Shown piece by piece: positions 57,158 to 64,000 of a stretch of DNA of 64,000 bases; the stretch's first letter is position 1, and every line of letters begins with the position of its first letter. The notes under the pieces were generated by a model that made no database searches, had not been told where the DNA came from, and saw nothing but the letters and a program-made list of their open reading frames with translations. Position numbers and translations under genes: made by a program. This stretch comes from Planctomycetota bacterium. GTDB taxonomy: Bacteria > Planctomycetota > UBA8742 > UBA2392. Location: the NCBI GenBank assembly GCA_020845475.1, contig JADLFN010000085.1, positions 4,913 through 68,912 of the forward strand, given 5' to 3'.

Positions 57158-57867
57158 GCGGATCCGGATACAACTCTAATTGGCCGCCACAGGGTGGACA
57201 GCAAGGCTATCCGCAGCAGCCTGGCTACCCGCCGCAACAAGGCTACCCGCCGCAACAAGGCTACCAGCAACCGGGCTATCCTCCGCAGCAAGGCTATCCT
57301 CCAAGCGAGTATGGTCAGCCTTTTGGCATGGCGCAACCCGGCTACTTTCCACAGGGCGGTTACACGCCGCCCACCATGCTGCATCCGGATTGCTACGGAG
57401 GCTTCTGGGTTCGCTTTGCGGCCTATTTCATAGATGGACTGGTGCTGTTCCTGCCGATGCAGATTTTGCTTTTTGTGCTGCGCGCGGGCATGGGCCTGCC
57501 CATGGTGGCCGATGTCAGCATGCGTCGCGGCAACGTCGCGGACAGTCGCGAAACCATGGTTTCGCTCATCAGCAACGTGATGTTCATCGGCGGAGGCTGG
57601 CTGTACTTCGCGTTCATGCATCACAAGAAGGGCGCGACGCTGGGCAAGATGGCGCTGGGGCTGAGAGTGGTCGACGAGTACGGCATGTATCCCAACCTGG
57701 CGAAAGCGACAGGCCGCTATTTCGCCACAATTCTTTCGGGTTGCGCGTGCTACCTCGGCTACATTCTGGCCGGCTTTGATCCGCAAAAGCGCTCATGGCA
57801 TGACAAACTGGCCAACACATACGTTGTGCGCAAGGAATTCGTGAATCCGGCTCAGCCCCCGGCATGA
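57154..57867 (+). CDS. RDD-family membrane protein with P/Q/G/Y-rich N-terminal tail
   Basis: FWVRFAAYFIDGLVL, GATLGKMALGLRVV and RSWHDKLANTYVV are RDD-family motifs. The start overlaps the upstream stop (ATGA). Confidence 0.7.
   Translation: MSGSGYNSNWPPQGGQQGYPQQPGYPPQQGYPPQQGYQQPGYPPQQGYPPSEYGQPFGMAQPGYFPQGGYTPPTMLHPDCYGGFWVRFAAYFIDGLVLFLPMQILLFVLRAGMGLPMVADVSMRRGNVADSRETMVSLISNVMFIGGGWLYFAFMHHKKGATLGKMALGLRVVDEYGMYPNLAKATGRYFATILSGCACYLGYILAGFDPQKRSWHDKLANTYVVRKEFVNPAQPPA
57223..57258 (+). repeat. perfect 18-nt tandem duplication within the RDD gene
   Basis: GGCTACCCGCCGCAACAA occurs twice (57223..57240 and 57241..57258), encoding GYPPQQ GYPPQQ. Degenerate units continue to about 57300. 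Confidence 0.85.
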
Positions 57868-57904
57868 TCGCGACATTGCACGCGCGCTTCGTTACAACAT
57901 CACC

Positions 57905-58423
57905 ATGGAACATCTGGACCGGCGCGCTTCTCGCCCGATTCATGATCTGACGCTGGGTGGGCTCGACTATCTGCTTGTTGTGCCCGGCATGGCCTTTGGC
58001 GTTTATGTCATGCCGCTCACGCTGGCAGCCATCGGCCTTTGGCTCGGCTGGAAAGTAGCGGTCGTCGGTATTGCCGCCAGCATCACCACCGTGGCGATCA
58101 CCGACCCGCTGAAACTCTACTTCTCGCGCCAGCGCCCCGCGCCTCTTGAGGCCACGCGCCGAGTGCGTATCCGCAAGCTGGTCAACAATCCCTCTTTTCC
58201 TTCCGGCGACAGCGCACAAGCCGCGCTGATTGCGATCTTGATCTGGGCCCATTGCGGCGTTGAGGACTGGCGCCGGCACTTGTGGCTGGCGCTGGTTCCC
58301 GCGTGCATGTTCGCGCGCGTTTACTTCGGCGCGCACTGGATTGGTGACACCATCGCAGGCGCGGCTATTGGCGCGTGCGTGATGCTTGTCTATCGGGCCT
58401 TGTTCGCGTCATTCGTGGCCTGA
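57905..58423 (+). CDS. PAP2-family phosphatase (membrane)
   Basis: The three PAP2 motifs are present: KLYFSRQRP (Kx6RP), PSGD (a PSGH variant) and RVYFGAHWIGD (Rx5Hx3D). Confidence 0.7.
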   Translation: MEHLDRRASRPIHDLTLGGLDYLLVVPGMAFGVYVMPLTLAAIGLWLGWKVAVVGIAASITTVAITDPLKLYFSRQRPAPLEATRRVRIRKLVNNPSFPSGDSAQAALIAILIWAHCGVEDWRRHLWLALVPACMFARVYFGAHWIGDTIAGAAIGACVMLVYRALFASFVA

Positions 58424-58484
58424 GACGCGGTTGTCGCGAGAATTTAAGTTACTATAAGAGTCGCTCTCCTATCCCGAGGTTTCC

Positions 58485-59648
58485 ATGGCAGACCGAGTGT
58501 TGTTCACGAGTGAATCCGTAGGTGAAGGCCACCCAGACAAACTTTGCGACCAGGTTTCTGACGCGGTTCTCGACGCAATCCTGGCCAAAGATCCCAAGGC
58601 TCGCGTGGCCTGTGAAACCGCGACCACCACGGGATTGATCGTGGTCATGGGTGAAATCACCACCACCGCCCATGATGTGCTCGGCAAGATTGGCGACATC
58701 GCCCGCGAAGCCGCGCGCGAGATTGGCTATACCAGGGCGGAATACGGCCTCGATGCCGAGTCCTGCGGCGTAATGGTTGCCGTGCACGGGCAATCGCCTG
58801 ACATCGCCATGGGAGTTGATGAAGGTGCGGGCAAAGAGCAGGGTGCGGGCGACCAGGGCATGATGTTTGGCTATGCTTGCGATGAAACGCCTGAGTTGAT
58901 GCCCTCCGCGATCTCGTTCTCGCATCGGCTGACAGCGCGCCAGGCCAAACTGCGCAAGGCCGGCGAACTCAAGTGGCTGCGCCCGGACTGCAAGAGCCAG
59001 GTCACAGTTGAATACGAAGGCCACAAAGTAGTGCGCGTGCACACGGTAGTGCTCTCCACGCAGCATGATCCGGATGTTTCCCAGGCGCAAATCCGCGAGC
59101 AGGTGATCGACAAAATCATCAAGCCCGTGATTCCCGCCGAGTTGCTTGACAAGAACACGATCTATCACGTCAATCCCACGGGCAGCTTCGTAATTGGCGG
59201 CCCGCACGGTGATTCGGGCCTGACCGGTCGCAAGATTATCGTCGATACATACGGTGGAGCGGCCCCGCACGGCGGCGGCGCTTTCTCGGGCAAGGATCCC
59301 AGCAAAGTTGACCGCAGCGCGGCCTACTTCACACGCTATGCGGCCAAGAATGTGGTCAAGGCGGGACTTGCCTCTCGCTGCCAGATTCAGGTGGCGTATG
59401 CCATTGGCGTGGCCGAGCCGGTCAGCATCAACGTTGAAACGTTCGGTACTGGAAAGATTGCGGAAGCGAAAATAAGCGAGCTGCTGCGCAAGCACATCAG
59501 CTTCAAGCCCAAGGCGATCATTGAGCGCCTGAACCTGCTGCGCCCGATCTATCGCGCCACCGCCAAGAACGGACACTTCGGCAATGAAGCTTTCCCGTGG
59601 GAACAAACGGATCTGGCAGCGGCCCTGCGTAAGGATGGGCTGAAGTAG
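58485..59648 (+). CDS. metK: S-adenosylmethionine synthetase
   Basis: GEGHPDK, GAGDQG, DTYGG and GGGAFSGKD are present in a full-length MetK pattern. Confidence 0.95.
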   Translation: MADRVLFTSESVGEGHPDKLCDQVSDAVLDAILAKDPKARVACETATTTGLIVVMGEITTTAHDVLGKIGDIAREAAREIGYTRAEYGLDAESCGVMVAVHGQSPDIAMGVDEGAGKEQGAGDQGMMFGYACDETPELMPSAISFSHRLTARQAKLRKAGELKWLRPDCKSQVTVEYEGHKVVRVHTVVLSTQHDPDVSQAQIREQVIDKIIKPVIPAELLDKNTIYHVNPTGSFVIGGPHGDSGLTGRKIIVDTYGGAAPHGGGAFSGKDPSKVDRSAAYFTRYAAKNVVKAGLASRCQIQVAYAIGVAEPVSINVETFGTGKIAEAKISELLRKHISFKPKAIIERLNLLRPIYRATAKNGHFGNEAFPWEQTDLAAALRKDGLK

Positions 59649-59887
59649 CTTCTAGGGGCATGGCGGAGAGGGGGGGAGAGCCAAGCTGCCAGCATCATGG
59701 GGATGACGCCCCAATATCGAAGAACTGTCATGGCCCTGGAACGAGCCATCTAAGCGGATTAGGCAGCAGAAGGCACATTTTCTGCAAAACATGCTGGAAT
59801 AAACGTTTGCTACAACTATTATTCGCGCGCACTGGCTGTAGGCAAAGCACCATTTAAATCGATTTCAAACCCGAGGGGGATTATTCC

Positions 59888-60235
59888 ATGGCTGACGCAC
59901 CCGCTGCAGTTGAACAAAAGACACTTGAATCGCTCGGCGTTTCAAAGGATCTCGCTGACAACGCCAAGCTGATGTGGATTGTTTCCGGTATCGCGACCTT
60001 TTGGGGCCCCGTGCTCTGGGGCTTCGTGATCAAGAAAGAAGGTCAGGACACCAACGCGTGGTACAAAGCCCAGGTCAAGGCCTGCTGGATTGTTGCGGCG
60101 ATTTCGTTCGTTGGCTCCTGGTGCGGTATCGGCTGGTTGTTCGGCGTGTACCTCGGCTTCCTCGGCTTCTCGCAGATCGGCGAAGGCAAGGATCCGCACG
60201 TCATGATCGTTGCCCCCAAGGGCTTCCAGGCCTAA
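59888..60235 (+). CDS. small hypothetical membrane protein
   Basis: 115-aa ORF with about three hydrophobic helices. A GAGGGGGA Shine-Dalgarno lies upstream and a strong terminator follows. Confidence 0.5.
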   Translation: MADAPAAVEQKTLESLGVSKDLADNAKLMWIVSGIATFWGPVLWGFVIKKEGQDTNAWYKAQVKACWIVAAISFVGSWCGIGWLFGVYLGFLGFSQIGEGKDPHVMIVAPKGFQA

Positions 60236-60255
60236 GGCGATTGCCTGAATTCAAG

Positions 60256-60290
60256 AAAGTGGGCCGGTTAGCCGGCCCACTTTTTGTTTG
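60256..60290 (+). terminator. rho-independent terminator after the small membrane-protein gene
   Basis: AAAGTGGGCCGG-TTAG-CCGGCCCACTTT followed by TTGTTTG. Confidence 0.7.
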
Positions 60291-60299
60291 TCTCGCGCC

Positions 60300-60827
60300 A
60301 TGAGATTGACCGTCGATCTTTCCGTAAATGATTACGACCGGCAAGTCTTCGCCGAGCGCAAGCTCGTGTTTGAGCAGCGCGAGGGCGAGGGCCTTGTTCA
60401 CGTCATGCTCAAGGTGCTGGCCTTTGCGCTTTACTTCGACCCGCGCCTTGTGGTGGAACCCACCTTCGAAGATGAGTACAAACCAGACCTGTTGGTTCGC
60501 GCCGACGACTATCGCCCCGAGCTTTGGGTCGAGTGCGGCGCCGTTTCCGTGCGCAAGCTAGACAAGATCTCTTTCCGCTACTACACGAGCCGCTTTGCCG
60601 TGGTCAAGCAACAGCAGCGAGAGATTGTTGACTTGCTTGAGCGCTGCCAGGGCGAGGTGCGGCGTCTTCAGGCGATTTCTTTCGTCGCCTTCGATCCCAA
60701 CTATTGCCTGCGCCTGGCCGAGTTACTTTCCGGCCGCAACGATGTCGTCGCCGTGATCTCCGGCGACTCCATTCAGGTCGTGATAGGCGGCGTCACGGAG
60801 ACCAGCAAGCTGCACCGGCTTCCCTGA
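60300..60827 (+). CDS. yaeQ: YaeQ-family protein (PD-(D/E)xK-like fold)
   Basis: MLKVLAFALYFDPRL...YKPDLLVR...ELWVECG...RKLDKI parallels the E. coli YaeQ pattern MLRLLAW...DEPE.W......LWIELG...RRIKKA as I recall it. The ATG at 60300 is preferred over the TTG at 60288, which lies inside the terminator T-run. Confidence 0.55.
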   Translation: MRLTVDLSVNDYDRQVFAERKLVFEQREGEGLVHVMLKVLAFALYFDPRLVVEPTFEDEYKPDLLVRADDYRPELWVECGAVSVRKLDKISFRYYTSRFAVVKQQQREIVDLLERCQGEVRRLQAISFVAFDPNYCLRLAELLSGRNDVVAVISGDSIQVVIGGVTETSKLHRLP

Positions 60828-60832
60828 CCCGG

Positions 60833-60841
60833 TGCTAGACT
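60833..60841 (+). promoter_or_regulatory. extended -10-like TGcTAGACT, 6 nt upstream of ATG 60848 (leaderless candidate)
   Basis: The sequence reads GGTGCTAGACTGCAGCAATG. Confidence 0.35.
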
Positions 60842-60847
60842 GCAGCA

Positions 60848-62233
60848 ATGCGCACTCTCTTCGCACTGGCTGTTCTGGTTCTGGCGTTTTCAATTTCTCA
60901 CGCCGATGAGCCCAAGGCTGCCTTTCCCGTTGCGCCCGTCGGTTTTGACGATGGCCGCGCTGAACTTGAACGCAGCCTCAGCGAGCGGCGCGAGTTTGCG
61001 GCCACGTTCATCTGCCGCGCGTTTGAAGATGCTTCGCTACGCGAACTTGCCGCATTCGCCGCGGCGCATTTGGAGCCCGCTGACCTCACGGCGCTGGAAA
61101 AATCCCTGAAACTAGAGGGCAAGCTCGTCACGCTCAAGTCGGCCGACGAGACCCGCCAGACCCTCGGTGATGCCAAGATCCAGCCCAAGGACGTGATTGC
61201 CGCCTTGGGCCACATGCTCGAAGCACGCGGCTTCGCCCACAGCGAATCCGCGGCGTGGCTGTACGCGCGTGATTTCAACTGTCGCGCGTTGCGTGGTGCG
61301 CTTGACCGGGGCAGCAATGCCGCGCGCGCGCTGGCGGGTCGCATCGGAGAGAAGTCCTTGAAGGAGGAGATCTTCGAGGCGGCTTGCTGGCAGTTTGACG
61401 GGCGCGATTGTTCGCGCAGCGAGGGCGGCCACTACGACATGGCGCAGATCATCCAGGCCATGATGGATCTCAACATGAGCTGGCCTGTCTGGGCCGCAGC
61501 GCTGGGACTGGCCAGTGAAAAGCACCTCGACGCCGAAACGAGGAAGGCCCTGAGTTGGGGCGACGCCGCGCTGGTTCTGCCCTTGTTCGAAGGTGTTTCC
61601 AGCGAGCGTGATGTGTTTGAGGCCGCGCGCCAGGGCGTAAAGAGCGGCAGTTTTCAAGTGAAGACGGATGGCGGCACGCCAGAGATCAAACGAGATGCGG
61701 TTCTGGCGCAGGCTCTGCGCAGGCTCAGCCTGGGGCGGCGCTGGCTTCGAACTGCCGGGCCGGGCGTGATCGGCGTCTATCAAGGGCCGCTTTCGACCGC
61801 CCGAGTAAAGGAGGGCGCACGCGGGCTTGGCGCAAAGTCCGACAGAGACTTCGCGGCGGGCCTGAGCGAAGCGATCGCGGATCACTTCAAACAGACGTTC
61901 GAACTGTTCACGCTGGTGGCATACGAGGATGGCAGCGCGCGCGCGTTTATCTCAGGCCAGACGGAGAACTATGAGTATGGCCCTGACGCACCTTTGGGTC
62001 GGGGCAAGCACTGGACAACTCTCTTTGAAGGCCGCCTGAGCCTCAAGGGGAGAGAGGGCCTGTTGCGCGCGGTGTTCGCGGGCGTGAACAAATTCAAGTT
62101 TGCCGAAGTCGTTCTGGAAAACGTGGAGGTCACGCCAAACGGCGCCTTCATGCTGGTGCAGGCAACCACAGGAAAACTCAACTCGGAGAGCCTGCTGCTT
62201 CGGCGCATCAGCCGCAACTGCGCGCTGGAGTAG
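60848..62233 (+). CDS. secreted hypothetical protein
   Basis: 461-aa ORF with signal peptide MRTLFALAVLVLAFSISHA. No recognisable family. Confidence 0.55.
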   Translation: MRTLFALAVLVLAFSISHADEPKAAFPVAPVGFDDGRAELERSLSERREFAATFICRAFEDASLRELAAFAAAHLEPADLTALEKSLKLEGKLVTLKSADETRQTLGDAKIQPKDVIAALGHMLEARGFAHSESAAWLYARDFNCRALRGALDRGSNAARALAGRIGEKSLKEEIFEAACWQFDGRDCSRSEGGHYDMAQIIQAMMDLNMSWPVWAAALGLASEKHLDAETRKALSWGDAALVLPLFEGVSSERDVFEAARQGVKSGSFQVKTDGGTPEIKRDAVLAQALRRLSLGRRWLRTAGPGVIGVYQGPLSTARVKEGARGLGAKSDRDFAAGLSEAIADHFKQTFELFTLVAYEDGSARAFISGQTENYEYGPDAPLGRGKHWTTLFEGRLSLKGREGLLRAVFAGVNKFKFAEVVLENVEVTPNGAFMLVQATTGKLNSESLLLRRISRNCALE

Positions 62234-62899
62234 CTACTTCATCTTCGCGGCGAAAAAACGGTCAATGCGAATCCAGAGGTCGCGCTCGGCGGGTTCGCGA
62301 TATTCGCTGTTGTTGGGCTCGTTGTCGAAGAACGCATGGCCGACACCGGGGTAGGTGTAAGCCTCGTCATCGGAGGGGCTTTGCGAAAGCAGCCGTTCCA
62401 GCGCGCGGATTTCGTCGAGCGGAATCTCTCCATCGAGCTCGCCGAACACAGCCAGGATCGGCATTTCCAGGGCGGCAGCAGCATGGAGCGGCTGTTGCAG
62501 CAACGAGTTTTCGCCGAGCGGCAAGCTGAGGTGCGGGCACACCGCGGCGCAAGCGTCAGCGCCGGAATCACCGGCCAGCAGCGCCAGAGTGCCTCCCAGC
62601 CATGCTCCTACGATTCCGATCTTGCCGCCGCCGATGGCCTTTCTCAATTCTCCCACAGACTGCTGAACCTTCGCCAAGGCTGCCACAAGTTCTCTGGCCG
62701 ATACATTGTCAACGGTTTTCGGCTCTGGGTTCAGGTCAAGCGCAAGACAGGCATAGCCTTGACGCGCAAAGGCCTGTGCGGCGTGCATGGCCGCCGAATC
62801 AAGTGCCAGGCGCTTTGGCACGAGCAGAATCCCTGCCTTGGGAATTCCTGATGCGGGGTTGATCAGCATCGCTTTCTCGCTTTTGCCCGGTTCTGCCAT
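62234..62899 (-). CDS. dienelactone-hydrolase-like alpha/beta-fold protein (nucleophile position atypical)
   Basis: Shows the DLH pattern ...GYACLALDL..., IGIVGAWLGG at the position of the GxCxGG elbow, and YPGVGHAFF (His motif). Confidence 0.7.
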   Translation of the reverse strand: MAEPGKSEKAMLINPASGIPKAGILLVPKRLALDSAAMHAAQAFARQGYACLALDLNPEPKTVDNVSARELVAALAKVQQSVGELRKAIGGGKIGIVGAWLGGTLALLAGDSGADACAAVCPHLSLPLGENSLLQQPLHAAAALEMPILAVFGELDGEIPLDEIRALERLLSQSPSDDEAYTYPGVGHAFFDNEPNNSEYREPAERDLWIRIDRFFAAKMK

Positions 62900-63072
62900 T
62901 TACCGATTTTGACCTTCGCCATACAATTGCCAAGTTCCGTGACTGGGTCTTTGCCTTTTTGCTTGCCGCTTGGTCACGGTTGTAACATCATCACCCGCCA
63001 GAGTTACGGCAGTTCGGGCTGCAATTTTACGGGGCATCGGGCCCCGGTGCCGCAGCCACAGGCTAAGGCCCC

Positions 63073-64000
63073 ATGCTCAACCTAAAATACGGACAACAGG
63101 CAGTTTCGCGCGGCTACGTCACACCGCAACGCCTTCAGCAGGTTCTCGCCAAGCAAAGACAGCTCGCCGACCAGGGCAAGAAGGTCAGCGTACGCATGAT
63201 CCTGGAGAAATCGAAGCTGCTCACGCCCGACCAGCTGGATCAGCTTGACCGCGACCTGAACATCAAGGTGGTCAAGAAAAAGACCAGCACGATCAACAAG
63301 GCGGCCTTGCAGCAGCGTCAGCCGCAGAAGGCGGTTCAGTCTGTCAGCGCCGATAACTTCATGGGCGATGAGGCGCTGCCTGATGTTTCGGGCACCAAGG
63401 ACGCCAACCCCGACGCCACGATTTACAGCCCGCCGCCGCCGGACATGCAGGAGCGAATCCGGCAGGAACGCGAGAAGGCTAAAGCCGCCGTGCGCCAGAA
63501 ACAGGATGCCCAGGCGGGTCGTCCCGCGCCGGCGCAGCCGCAACGCCCGGCCGCGCCGCAGCGCCCCCAGCCGCAACCGGCATTTGCCGAGCCAATGATG
63601 GAGCCGGAGATGGAGCCCGAGCCCTTCGGCGAAGCCGCACCCGAACTTGAACGCATGGATTCATCGCCGAAGCTGGAGTCGCTGCCGGCCGAGTACCACG
63701 GCATAGCCGCGCCCGAGGACGAAGCTCTGCCCACGCTGGATGGCGGCGGCTTTGACCAGATCGGAGAGCAGCCCCAGCAGGGCGGATTTGACAATCTCGC
63801 GCCCGCTGAACAGGGTTTTGACCAATTCGGCGAGCAAGGTGGCATGTCCGGCACGGCTGCTTTGGGCGCTGAGCCCGAACAGGGCAACTGGGGAGAAGAG
63901 CCACAAGCGCCAAGCTTTGACGACGGTGGAGCGGCTCCCATGGACGCCACGATGTACAGCCCGCCGCCGCCGCAATACCAGCCCCAGGCAGAGCCCGAGG
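63073..64000 (+). CDS. low-complexity Pro/Gln/Glu-rich protein with T2SSE_N/MshEN-like N-terminal motif, 3'-truncated by window edge
   Basis: This frame is not in the supplied track because it has no stop before the window end. I translated it by hand from ATG 63073, which is preceded by an in-frame TAA at 63064. It stays open to 64000. The N-terminus is LKYGQQAVSRGYVTPQRLQQVLAKQ. Confidence 0.55.
   Translation, partial: MLNLKYGQQAVSRGYVTPQRLQQVLAKQRQLADQGKKVSVRMILEKSKLLTPDQLDQLDRDLNIKVVKKKTSTINKAALQQRQPQKAVQSVSADNFMGDEALPDVSGTKDANPDATIYSPPPPDMQERIRQEREKAKAAVRQKQDAQAGRPAPAQPQRPAAPQRPQPQPAFAEPMMEPEMEPEPFGEAAPELERMDSSPKLESLPAEYHGIAAPEDEALPTLDGGGFDQIGEQPQQGGFDNLAPAEQGFDQFGEQGGMSGTAALGAEPEQGNWGEEPQAPSFDDGGAAPMDATMYSPPPPQYQPQAEPE

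Noticed and set aside
58452-59606. 384-aa minus-strand ORF antisense to metK
   Set aside because: It is a shadow ORF of a highly conserved gene and has no motifs.
60288-60299. TTG start at 60288 for the YaeQ-like gene, as in the ORF track
   Set aside because: The TTG lies inside the T-run of the upstream rho-independent terminator. The ATG at 60300 gives a protein (MRLTVDL...) that aligns better with the YaeQ N-terminus.

Overview
Visibly GC-rich bacterial chromosomal DNA, densely coding on both strands. I call 53 protein-coding genes and find no rRNA, tRNA, CRISPR array, transposase or integrase. Housekeeping genes are interleaved with an unusually large share of exported, lipoprotein or membrane-anchored proteins of unknown function. 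The housekeeping set is proS, metK, atpD/atpC, argD, mgtE, rluB, rsmJ, gmhB, a cystathionine-beta-synthase-type enzyme, NAD(P)HX dehydratase and a UbiA-type prenyltransferase. Several of the unknown proteins occur as paralog pairs: two secreted alpha/alpha-toroid proteins, two giant beta-sandwich surface proteins, two Asp-box lipoproteins, two type-I membrane proteins and two TM2 proteins. The gene content (secreted prenyltransferase-repeat proteins, a TPR Ser/Thr kinase, archaeal-type ProRS, many lipoproteins) resembles PVC-superphylum-like or related uncultured lineages. Taxonomy cannot be fixed from this sequence alone. No classical defence island, biosynthetic cluster, secretion machine or mobile element is visible, and I do not want to oversell this window. 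The best candidates for something undescribed are four. (1) Two adjacent surface proteins share a Cys-containing C-terminal tripartite tail (G/S-C-S/T-T-G-E, hydrophobic helix, RRR) that looks like a sorting signal, next to a divergent DUF4139 gene. (2) Four small membrane proteins (TM2, TM2, DUF4190-like, RDD) all carry P/Q/G/Y-rich N-terminal tails, and two of them split the normally adjacent atpD-atpC pair. (3) An inverted pair of Asp-box lipoprotein paralogs has a conserved C-terminal ...QLKL(I/L)x(I/L)D motif. (4) A recurrent TAnnnT box sits exactly 6-7 nt upstream of many start codons, which suggests widespread leaderless transcription. At least four families of short palindromic intergenic repeats are also present. 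Many long ORFs in the six-frame track are antisense shadows typical of GC-rich DNA and were rejected.
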